A stretch of 64,000 bases of DNA, from positions 2,666,001-2,730,000 of the forward strand of contig CM102285.1 in the NCBI GenBank assembly GCA_046563655.1, written 5' to 3'. Shown piece after piece: positions 51,040 to 62,470 of this stretch. Every line of letters begins with the position of its first letter. Positions within the stretch are counted from its first letter, which is position 1. Source of the stretch: Yuukianura sp. NJ FZ-2021 (taxonomy: Eukaryota). Under the pieces are notes generated by a model that saw only the letters and a list, made by a program, of their open reading frames with translations, was not told the DNA's origin and searched no databases. Made by a program: the position numbers and the translations under genes.

Positions 51040-52871
51040 ATGTTGAGTCCAACACAGTACAACATTATGGTAAATGTTTTTGTCACATTTTCACGCTGGA
51101 AATGGATTTGTCCATATACATTTAACGAAGAAGCGGAGGTGTTGGAGCTCCGTAAAAATAGTCTACGAAATTTTCTCGGTCATGGCGCAGTACTATTTCA
51201 AATTGGAAATTTACTATTGTTTGTGCTCTTGGTCCATCATCAGTTTGCAGCTTTAAAACATAATGACGCCGTTATGAGCTGCCTCATGATCATCACGACC
51301 TTATCAGCTATAGCGTGCTTACAAACTGTCGAAGTTAGACCAGCCGAGTTCACTAAATTAGCAAACGTGGTCATTCACCTCAACAAAAAATTGGGTAACG
51401 CCATACATTTTACAAAAGAAACGTTGACAATAGAGCGTAACGGACTTTGTTATTTTTAACCTATGTCGCAGGTTTACAATTTGATGAAACAACATGTATT
51501 AAGCGACCTCTGGGTGACGTTCTATTTTACGCGGTAGCAATAGGAACGGCTTGCTGTGGACCCACTGCTCTCCTGTTTTCATTTGCTGTTACATGGAATT
51601 TGTTCACTTCTGGCTACTCTTCTTTTTTATACCACGTACTTGTTACTATTTCAATGGCACATGCTGGGATCTGTTGGATGACGGAAGCAGTTCTGTTCTT
51701 TTCGTCAATGCATACAATAATATATTGGCTACGCGCAATACAGTAAGAGAAAGTGGAACAAATTCGGCAAAACGGTCACTCGACTTTTTACGATTAAAAT
51801 ATCGTTTTACATCATCTTTTGGATTTAGATACTGAATCTAAAATCCGTTTTTGGTGGTCGCATCTCCTTCTTGGCAAGATTAATTAATGAAGATTTTAAT
51901 TAACAGTATGTGAATTTTGTATGCAGAATGAGTCTGTAACCATCGGAGATTCGAATTTTTTGTTGTTATATGCTAGCCAAACCTAACGCGCACCTTCGGC
52001 GCGGAAATATAAAAAACAACAATGCTTGGTATCCACTGGTTACACTAGTAATTCTCATTTCTTATGAGAAGTTCACATTGTTAATTAGAATCTTCATTAA
52101 TCAATCTTACTAAGACGGAGGCCTGACCTTCAGAAAACGATTTCAGATTCGAAATCTACACTCAAAAGTTGATATAAAACGGTATTTTAATCGTAAAAAT
52201 TGAGTGGCCGTTTTGCCGAAATTTAACATGTTTATGAATACCTTCATTCTACATGCCGATAGGAATGCGGAAAAATTTGAACGGAAATTACGATAACCAA
52301 TATTCAGTTAGGTTACGTAAAAACTCACCGAGGCTAACGTTATATAATGGTTCAATTTTTTGCGTGTAGGCGTAACTGGAAATCAATTCTAACAGACGAA
52401 AATGTACGTTCCGAACAAGTTTTCTTTTCGTTTCAAACTTTCCGCAGGATCCAGCTTCTGAACTACCTTCACAACATTGTATTTGGATCCTTGTGGGCAC
52501 CGTTGATCAAACTGGTTCTGGTGACCGCCTTTGGCTTAGCAATTTACTGTTTAATCATGCTCCGCACTGTTCTCAGTGGGCCAGTGCTTGCACTTTGCTT
52601 CCAAGCAAAAGTAGCTGCGGTAGTTGGTGTAATTCCAGCTTCCGTTGTAATGTCGCAAGTTTATAAAATTTCACATCAATTGAAAGTTGGCGGCAAGGTT
52701 CTCGTTACGGAATTTCCTCAAAGTGAAAGAAAACTCGTCGTGACAACATTAAAATCACTGCCAATACTGAAATCAAACATTGGAAGCTTTTACTATATGG
52801 AGGGCAAAGCAAAATTGACTATGCTTGATTATATGGTCCATGGCGTAGCCTTCATGCTTATCACATTTTGA
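51040..52871 (+). CDS. Divergent 7TM chemoreceptor-like protein, array 2 copy G, ~375 aa
   Basis: Exons 51040-51394, 51472-51742, 52370-52871 in frame; C-terminus KSLPILKSNIGSFYYMEGKAKLTMLDYMVHGVAFMLITF. Confidence 0.78.
51765..52218. mobile_element. MITE with ~175-bp imperfect inverted arms in intron 2 of copy G
   Basis: CGGCAAAACGGTCACTC...GAGTGGCCGTTTTGCCG; the arms align further inward; AAATT on both sides (51760-64, 52219-23) is a possible 5-bp TSD. Confidence 0.78.
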
Positions 52872-54538
52872 ATTGTGGCACAAGTGGAAAGTAACTTTAG
52901 ACTTATAGTACCTGTCTACACTATGTGTGGGTTTTACAACTAAAATAAAGTAAGCTAAATAAAGGAGAGAAATTCCAATTTACTGTGTATACTTAAGGAA
53001 TAATACCCATTTTAAAAAATTAGTCAAAGAGATGTGTCCCACAACCTGTTAGTATTTAAACTCATTAAAATCAAACGTGGTTTTCGAATGTCAAAAATGT
53101 AAGAATTTCTTTAACTGTCTTTTGTTTTGGATTTCGAATGTTGTCAGCAGAACCGTTGTACAATAAAAACTTGAAGCTAATCAAAATGCAGATTACATCG
53201 AACAAAATTGCAGGAAAAAAAACTAAATTTTCCAATACTTTCGAATAATCAGCAACGGCAACTGGTCGTTGTACTGCGCAAAGGATTTTGTAGCAACCGA
53301 GGTGGGTTTTAAGTTTTAACGAGGAGGAAAGTGAGAAAGTAGACTCAATTTTAAGGTTGAAATTTTAATTCCACCAGTATAGAAAAATGGTATCATTTGG
53401 AGGTTCCTAAAGATAATTCCTTCTCATTTCTAAAAATTTATATATTCTAAGAATATATTAAAATTTAAAATAACCTAAGTTATTTTGAGAAAATTATTAT
53501 CATGACTAACTTTTGGTATTACATGACCCAGTCTCACAATTGGACAACTTTTCGGATAATGATTAGCTTAGCGTTTCCATAAATTTTAAATCTAAATACT
53601 TCTCTTTAGAAATTTCCAAATGTGTTTCTCGTTTCTCCAGTTTATAAATTAAACTGCTTTCGAAATGGTATTAATGAAAAATTGGCTTGGTCTTGCCTTT
53701 ACCTTTCAAGAACTTCTAAAATTTTCGGGAAATAATTGCCTTCCATGTCATAGTGTTTTACTGCATGTTACTTTCTTTTTAAATTGCAGAACCCAAGTTC
53801 ATAGGGTCCCTCCACAATTAAAAACTCAAAGACGAAAGATTCTTTTAAGAGTTATACGTTAATTGGATTTTTAGCGTAATGTACTAGGTGAGTCTAATTA
53901 ATCATCTAGAAACTGACGCCTAAAAGATTTCAAATTTCATGAATTAAAATGACCGAATTGTTAGTCTGTAAAATTTCTTTGGCACCACGTTAGAATAACC
54001 TTAATTAAAAAAGGAAAGCCTGTAAATTTTAATACACTTCTGCGGGAAGCCAATATTTATCTTGTACATTGATTTTGAGGTTACGTAAACCTTTATTTTT
54101 CGTTCCCAAAATTTCAACACTAAACCGAGCAACCATTGGAAGAGATTTTAATCAAAAAATAGTTTTTTGTCCACTTCAAAATTTGAGCCGACTTGTGCGT
54201 AGCTTGCGATCATAAGACGATTGGTTACTTGTAAACAGGGTGTTGGGTCCTACGGATCTGTACTACTACTTAAGTAAACAGAACAGTCTTTAAGGGGGGT
54301 AACAACCTAATTAAAATGCTTTTGAGATTAGGGGTTTAGGCAAATTGTGGATGACCTTTCAGAATTTAACTTGCAGAACAAACTTTCAACCCTCTCAAAC
54401 CACAAAAAACTTGCTTAAAGTGCTTCAAAACAATACAACCCAAACAATGGCCTGCACCCTTTATTTTCTTTTATAGGAAATCAGAAATAAATTACGAGTA
54501 ACACTGTGGTAACTGCTAACATTTTACTTCCTAAAATA

Positions 54539-56225
54539 TTACACAATTGTAGTTGAGTCCAATTGCATTAAATCACAAAGTTCGTCGTCAAGGTATTGAA
54601 TAAATTCCGCTGAGTTTTGTTCTGTTGAACAAATGTTGGCATCGATTCCCAGCCAGTACCGAAAGTTTCCGTTGTAAGAGGCAACGTTTACCATCAATGC
54701 TATTAAACCAAGCATTTTGGGTCAATTAAATATCTGTTAGTTATAATATAGTGTGCGGTATACATCATGTGCGCGCATTCTATATGATATTACCAAATCT
54801 ATACATACTGTTTCCAAGTTTACTTCTTTTAGAGAAAGCATACATGTTGCGGATGTTAAACTTTTCGTTTCTATAGAAATTCTTACCATGAGTACCACCA
54901 TGTAGAGAATACGCCATATCCTCTACCGGGTTTCCACAAATACAAAATTTCTTTGTTGGTCCAGGAAAAATGCTTGCAACTACTGGAGTTGGAACTGGAG
55001 TCATCCAGCGTCTGGGCATGGAGCAATGCAAAAGTTGCAAGAAATATCGTACATAGCTTGACTTCACCATACGTTCCTTTTGTGCTTGACGTTCAAGCAT
55101 CGCCAAGCGTTTGTAGCCATTCACAGTATCAACTGGCAGTGCCATGTCAAGCAGCATCCTAAACATAATCAAAACTGTGACCAAAAAAAATTTAAAGTTA
55201 CAATAAAAATAAGTCTCAAAGTTTTCATAAAAATTTAAATGTGGTTACAATTTATTGGTCAGTTTCTGCGGATGGTTTGGAGCCAAAATAGCAGTCATAC
55301 ACACAATTTGTTTTGGAACTGGCTTTCCCTCATTTTGAAGTTTTCTTCGTATGGCTCCTGTGAGTACTCCCAACATAGCGATAGACACGGACACGCCGAG
55401 CTTTGATTTCAATTGCTTCACTTGACCCAGGTCAAAACACCTTGACATTGGAAAACGTCTGACGCCGGTGACATTCGAAGCGTCGAAAATCATTGGAGTT
55501 GCGTCAGTAGCATTGTAAATTACATTGAAATACGAACTAATGAAATAAAAAGTGTTTCTGAAAAAATCAAAACAGGAAGTTTTCGGCTGCTCCGGAAACT
55601 GAATACGATGAGGTTTAGAGTCCGCTGCACGCATCAAAACATCAAAAATTGCTTCACCATCACACAAACTGTGGTGAAATTTTAAACAAATGAAGTGACA
55701 ATCTTTGTTATCGCCAAATTCCAGAAATGTAGCTTCCCATGGACTTGCATTTTCTGGAAGTGGAGTCTGGAGCATTCGCTCGAACTGCGCATGAGTGTCA
55801 GTCTCTTGGTCCAGAGTCACGTGACGGATGTGTTTCTCCATGTCGAATGACTCCTCCCACTGCCAGAAGGCGTATCCACCAAACGTAGTCGGATACTGCT
55901 GGAATTCGGGATAAATGAAGTCACCCGAGACATTCCGAGCTAAAAGGCACTTCGTTCGGAATCTCTCTTTTACTAAATCAGAGTTCAATTTTCCGGAAAG
56001 TTTAAACCAAATGAGAACATTATATACTTCGGGGCGGTTGAAGCTGAGAAAATGTTGACTTTGCGGCGATAAAATTTTACCCAACTTTTTCGAGAAATAC
56101 GGTCCGACTATACTTAAAATTTGTCTGTAGATCAAAATTGGGAATATTAAAGGAATAAACAGAAGGAGTCCTATCCCTAGAATAACTTTAAGAACAGTGC
56201 TGCCGAACCTGATAGTCAAAAACAT
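54539..56225 (-). CDS. Wax ester synthase / diacylglycerol acyltransferase (WS/DGAT-like), ~469 aa, 3 exons
   Basis: Exons 56225-55249, 55158-54887, 54699-54539 in frame. FWQWEESFDMEKHI, PLPENASPWE, catalytic HHSLCDG (HHxxxDG), LTN, SIFPGP, SYNGNF; N-terminal TM. Confidence 0.9.
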
Positions 56226-57649
56226 AATAAACAGTAGATGTTATATACCAATAGAGTTACAAGTTCCACAATTACGTCAAGTCTGCCAGAAGAGAACTGA
56301 TTTGTCAGGAAACAAAATTTGCTCTTTTTACGAAGCACTAACTTGTTCTTTATATTTTGGGGATGGAGTAGCATTGATATTACAGTGGTTACAGGAGATG
56401 AAAACGATTAGAAATAAGGTAGAAGAAAATAGAAATGGCGCAGGTCGTTGTGACGAATGAATTACAACACAGTGAAGTTCTTTCAATTACTAATTTTGAT
56501 AAATAATAATCATACAATTGTTATATAAGCACGCAATTCCTACTTCTCAATATAAACTTTGCATAAACTACGAAATAAATTAACAATTTTTACAGCACGT
56601 GCTTATAAGCTACAAAAGCTTTGTTTTTATGCTCCATCAGATTTTTGAATTTGTATAAAATTTAGTGGTAATTTAACCTCACGTGTTCCCGAAATATGAA
56701 GTAAACATGGTACAACCCCTAGCAAAAAACACATGTCGGGTTGTAAAATGTAAGCAGTGAACTTACTTAAGATTTTGCGGTAATGAAAAAGCAAAAGTCA
56801 AAGTTGTGTCACAGTTAACTTGGTTACAATAACAGCAGCAATAGCAAGGTTCGTAAACATGAAAATAATTTTTTCTTTCACAGGTTAGGCTATGGGTAAG
56901 TACATTTGGATCTTTTGTGTGAACGATGCTTAAAGTCGAAATGAAAGTAGTATCTACTCCACTTTGGAAATGTTTCAAAAATTTTGTTTAAAAAATGCCA
57001 AATGTCTTAGTTAAAAATGAAAAAATCCCCCTGACAACTCTGAGGTAAATAAGATTACTAATTAGTTACGGTCATTAAAAAATAAACAAGAGTTTTGCTT
57101 CGCCGACGGCGTCTCTAATGTGAGCTTTTTAATGTTCAATGTGTGTTTTCTCTGTTTCCGTATTAACACTTTTATTAAAAACTTTTTTGCACACTAGAAA
57201 TTCTAAAAAACTCACTGTATTTTCTATGGGGACGTCACGGATTTTAATTTTTTTGTTGCCATTAGTTACCATTGTAAACCGCCACCACCTGCTTTGGGGA
57301 GAGATTTTGGAAAGTGAAACTTATTCCCAACCTATTAAAAGAAATCTATTGTTGCTATTGCAACCTTGAGCAATAGGTAAATCAATTAATGCATAATGCA
57401 TAATGTGAAGGTCACAATAACGAAGTACGTAACGACGCCATAAGTCTGTTGTGTAAAAAAAAACATATTTTAATCGTTAGTATTTAATTGGAAACTTCCG
57501 TAAAGTTTGTAGATTTGGCAGATAATCAACAAAAACTGTCGATGTTTGATAGTTGACTAGGAACCGGTTTAAGTATCATATTACAATTCTTGTTTCTATG
57601 TTAGTTAAAATTTAGTTTTCAGAGTAGCAAACCAAGGCCGCCTAGACAT

Positions 57650-57934
57650 TTAAGGAAGTATATATTTAATGTTGGGTATACTCAAATTATCTGTCTTCCA
57701 AAGTGTATCATGATTACGGACAGGAGGGATATTTTTGGGTAGACGTGCAGTATTTGGTGGCAAATAAAGAAAATGCTCAAAACAGATTCCAGCGGAAGAT
57801 TTGAATTTTGTTGAGAAAATGGCTTCCCATGCACTCACAGCAGGCTTTGGAACACGATAGAACTTGTGACTTGACCCACGATTATGGTCATTGCGAGTAC
57901 TGTTGTTGCAGTCGGGGACAGAACAGTATACCAT
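57650..57934 (-). CDS. THAP (C2CH) zinc-finger ORF, possibly the N-terminus of a P/Kolobok-type transposase or a truncated THAP gene
   Basis: MVYCSVPDC..N...FYRVPK...W....ICFEHF...L...IPP has the THAP C-x4-C, P, W, C-x2-HF pattern and an AVP-like box. No downstream exons identified. Confidence 0.65.
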   Translation of the reverse strand: MVYCSVPDCNNSTRNDHNRGSSHKFYRVPKPAVSAWEAIFSTKFKSSAGICFEHFLYLPPNTARLPKNIPPVRNHDTLWKTDNLSIPNIKYILP

Positions 57935-58877
57935 TTTAAAAACTTTACTTCAAATTTCAGGAAGGTTTTTACAACAGCTAATTTGAATTCAGTTTTTGAA
58001 ATTACAAAATATCTGTCAAGTGAAACTGGTTTTTCCAACTCATAAACAAAATTGGTTCCAAATTGGTTCCATTTTTTGTTTTTATGAGATTTTTCCAAAC
58101 ATCGAGTTATTGCCTAACCTGTTGTCAATACACCTTGCATCTAACGTTGCCATGGAAAACGGCAATGCACTAGCGATGTTGAATTTTAATTACTCAGCTT
58201 TGTAGTCAGGCAACGGTAATTTACCCACAAAATGAATTATTACCTTCTTCTTCTTAGTATACGCCCGACCTTACATATTAATTCAATGATTCCTTCAAAT
58301 TCATCCCTAGAATACATTCTTGAAATTAAGCCTAAAGTGTTTTGTGCAAATTAAAAAAAAACATTGCGCTTGTTCTAACGACTGTCCAACTGTAATAATA
58401 AATAACTTTATTACTTCCGAAGCACGCCAATACATCAAAAGAAAGACATCAACTGAAAAGACATCAACAATACAAGCACGTCAGCAATGGATAGACATCA
58501 ACGGAAATTTCATGTTTTACATCCGGTCGTGAAATTTGGGGAAATATTTCTCAACATTTCTCCTTCCAAGCATGCGCCTGACTTTAAATATTTATTTAGT
58601 AATTCCTCCAAATTGGTCGTAGATAATTTTTGTGAAAATAACCCTAAGTATATTTTTTATATTAAATAAAAGACTCCGAAGTGGTTCAAAGCTTAGGGAC
58701 TGTCCTGCTTTAAGCGGAATGATTTTATTACTTAAGTTAATTAAAATCGCTTACATTTCAACTTAGAGAATTAACTTTAAGGCTCAATCGATCTGTAACC
58801 CGGCGCTCATATAACTTATACCTCAACTCCCATACAGAACATGCAGTGTAGTAAAGTAAAGCAAGCAGTAATGTAAG

Positions 58878-60409
58878 ATGGCAACGTTTGGTCTTTTTCG
58901 CATATTAAAAAGAATTTCGGTTCCAAAAATTATCAGAAAGTGTGATTTACATACCTACAACAATAAACCGCGACACCACATTTCGGTTGTAAAATCCAGC
59001 CTCCCACTTGAGGCTACCGATATGTTACTAAGCTGCATCAAAAATGCGCATGACTCATACCAGAACCCACTGGTGTGGAGTAAACACAAAAACATGTTTA
59101 TCCTTGACGAGGGCAAGGAATATACAAGAGGAGCCATTTGTATACTCTTATTTAACATTATTTCTTTATTTTCATGTGTCGTTGCAGGGTATATTAACTA
59201 CTCCGCAAAACTGAATCCTGTCTTAACATTATTATCTTGGTGCATTTCATTTCTGCTGTGCCACAACATAGTTCTTGACGTGAACGCCATTTGGAGGAAA
59301 ACATACTGGCTACAACATGTCAACATACTAATTTCCATACTCACATGCAAAAAAGGCAATATTCCAATTTTCCATTCATTATTAAAAAAAATTAAGTCAC
59401 AAACATGCACATGATTCTAGTACACACGTAATTGGACTTGTACTGTATAACAATAGTATATGTTTCGTAATTACGTAATTACGCACATAAACAATGCACA
59501 TCACGTAAATATTTACTTTGCTATTAAATTTATATGCACAAATTTTGAACTTTCCTTTTTTAACGTAGTTGTACTGAAATGCGTTATGAAATGTTTCCAG
59601 GTTCTGATTACTTCGTCAGCGAGCATCAACTCAGCGTTAGATCCCTTCAGCATTTGTGTATAGTCGGGAAATGTACTCTTATTTTTTTGTGCGCTACAGC
59701 ACCTATTCCTTTGGCGAAAGATTTAACGGAACTGTTGATGTACATACTACGATACATTTTCTCTGGATCAGTTTACTGTGCTATTGCACAAGTCGAATTT
59801 CTACTAGCTTATTTTGCCACGATAGTATTTGGTAGTATCCTAGTTGTACAGTGCTATCTGGACTTTCACAAATACCTGCAATACATGTATATGGGTGTTT
59901 TAACCGCCGACATCATCTTTACTTGGCTACGTAACATTACATCGCAATGTCCAACGACTCAAAGTCTACAATTGTACATCACACTTCGCTACAAAACTGC
60001 CTACATCTTGTCAGTCATAATGAGTGACCTTCTGGTTTTGCCGCTTGCATCTGTCGTAGTTACGTTTGCTGTGTTTATAATAGTGAGCTTTGCCGGGTTC
60101 TTTGGCTTCGGCATATCAATTGTTTTATTGCTTGCCTTTATTTGCGCTATAATATTTGGCATTGTCTTAAATGTGTATATCTCTTTGGCGGCTTTAATTC
60201 ACATTAGATCAAGCCTATTTATTTTAAAGTTGCAAAGCCGTGTGAGCCGCAACACTTTAGATCGGATGCTAATTAAGTCATTGAAACCATGTTGTATTAG
60301 ATGTGGTCCGCTAAATTACGTTGACAAACAGATGGTAGTCAACTTGAATCAAAACGTGATCGACTACACCATTCCTTTGGTGTTGACTTTGAAAAAATTG
60401 GCCCCCTAA
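58878..60409 (+). CDS. Divergent 7TM chemoreceptor-like protein (copy I), ~428 aa, 2 exons, GC donor
   Basis: Exons 58878-59355 and 59601-60409; paralog of 28636-30169 (YQNPL.W, NY.A.LNPVLT, QHVN, LA.DLTEL..YIL, SLKPC..RCGPLNY.DKQ). The homologous donor reads AAG|GCAAT. The start could be the later MLLSCIK. Confidence 0.7.
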
Positions 60410-60951
60410 CAATATAAATTTAAACCAAAACAAGTTCAACTAACTCGTTTATTTGTCTAGATTCAGTCAGTATGCAGGCGATAATTTTAAGACTCATGTA
60501 TTTCTATGTATTTATTTCCTAAATCTCAAAATTTAAAGAAAAAAGATATGGAAGAGAAAATTGTATTATCACAGTATAGGTTAACCTTCACATTGATTTT
60601 TCACTTGGCGCATACATGTAGTTTTTCATGGTTTGTTTAGTTTGTTTACTTGTTCATCATTTCTTCATTTCATTTTTCAAACTTGTACTTTCGCAAGATC
60701 CCAAGTCAAAATCAAAATTATATTTTCCCCTCACGTTCCCTCTTTTGTTAATTATAAACTTACTTTTTTTACACTAAAAGTGTTGTGTATTAAATTAGGT
60801 CGAAAAAATGGTGGTAAGCATGGACTACAATGTTATCAACCCTATAACTTGTTTAGTAAGATTATTGATAACTATTTTATAATTACTGCTGATTTTAATC
60901 AATCCATGTAAATTACAATTACACGAACCCGATAGATTCCTAAACAAAGGG

Positions 60952-62470
60952 TTAAGCAAATGAAAATAATAAGATAGATATTAATGTATATAATACAAAT
61001 AATCTAATGCATGTAGTATTACATGTAGCACGGCCTCGAGCGTATGGGGAAGCGGCGTTAGTGTCCAAGTAGTACGTGCCACGAGCACTTAAAGAAAGTA
61101 ATGACAACAAATAAAATTAACACTAAAATAAGTTCAACAACATAAAGGGCGAACTTTGAATGAAAACGACCTTCTTACAGCAGAGAAACAAATTCACCCA
61201 TCAATGTTCCATGTTTTTTGCATCCTAATCGTCCGAGCTTAAAATTTTCATAACTTGGGCATTTGTATGATACGAATCCCACTTTAGTCGTAATTGATTC
61301 CGCAAAATACTGGTGAGATAGAAAGTGTGCACAGGAGCCTAAAATATTCAAAATCCAAATGCAGCAAAGAAAATGTTGGAACTCTAATCACTACTAACTG
61401 AACTAACTGAAAGTGTTATCTTGTAATTTTTAAAATTTTTAATTTAACTTCAAACCAATTATTATAACCGCCTAACCTGCAAATTTTCCGTATTTTTCAC
61501 AAGCAGGTTGATTGGTACCTCCATTTGGATAAAAGTCGACTGTACCTCTTGGTAAGTCTGGGATTGTTCCAGTGCAACCGGGTTGACAACCAGTGGTAAT
61601 GAAGTCTACAAATGTGGCATCAGTTGGATCCAATCGATCAGAAATTGGAACAGTATTTCTGAAGTCAACTCCGCCAGTATCTAGTGCAGTTGCTCTGGGC
61701 AGTAATCCACGAGATCCAAGGTTTCTGGAAATGAATCCACCCACTTGGGCTCCCAGACTGTGGCCAATGTGATGAAAATGAAAAAGTTTTGAGTACTTGT
61801 GCTCAATCAGAGTGTCAATTAATTTTCCAATTTCCGCTCCAACGACACGGATGTTCGTAATTGCAGCCCCCAAAGTTGGCTTCGCCAGCTCCACCCAGTC
61901 AACCACAATAACGTTATGAGGAACGGAGAGCGTCAAGTAGGCTATACAGCAAGAAATAATTAAATAATTAATTATGCTAAACTAACTTAAACGTTAATTA
62001 TTTTAATATGAATCAAAAGTTACTATTTAGTAATTGTTGATTCATATTAAAATATTAATAAAATTAAAATACTGTAATATTTTTCACTTTAGGTGAAGAT
62101 TTAGAAATTGCACCATTCTTTGTGTCTTGTGGAAATTCTTTGGTGTAGTTTACGTAATATCCGTGAGTTAAAAATTTTACGGGTTTGTTTTTGATAAAGT
62201 GTGATGCCGAAATTGTTGAAAAGTTATCCCACTGAAGCGTCTGTTCTTGACCAAATTCTCGATTGAACCTAAAGTTTTCAATAAGTAATAATAAATTAAC
62301 TTAACATTAGTTGGGTTGAGCAAATTATTATTAATTAACAATCCATCTAGTTTCTTCACTTACTTTGTGTACAGCAGAAAACGAAGCCCATTCACTCTAC
62401 TTTCACATAAGTCGAATTTAGAGGTTGCGCAGAAAAGAATGAAAAATTTAAATTTTATCCAGAATTTCAT
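60952..62470 (-). CDS. Pancreatic/neutral lipase family protein, ~340 aa, 5 exons, hydrophobic C-terminal tail
   Basis: Exons 62470-62364, 62268-62114, 61941-61477, 61338-61179, 61087-60952 in frame. RFLLYT, THG, NVIVVDW, GHSLG (Ser), ALDTG (Asp), LDPTDATFVD, DFYPNGG.QPAC, CAH (His), YFAESI, GTYYLDTN..SPY. Confidence 0.92.

Noticed and set aside
54289..54310. TTAAGGGGGG, resembling a Kolobok-type terminus
   Set aside because: No matching inverted end found nearby.
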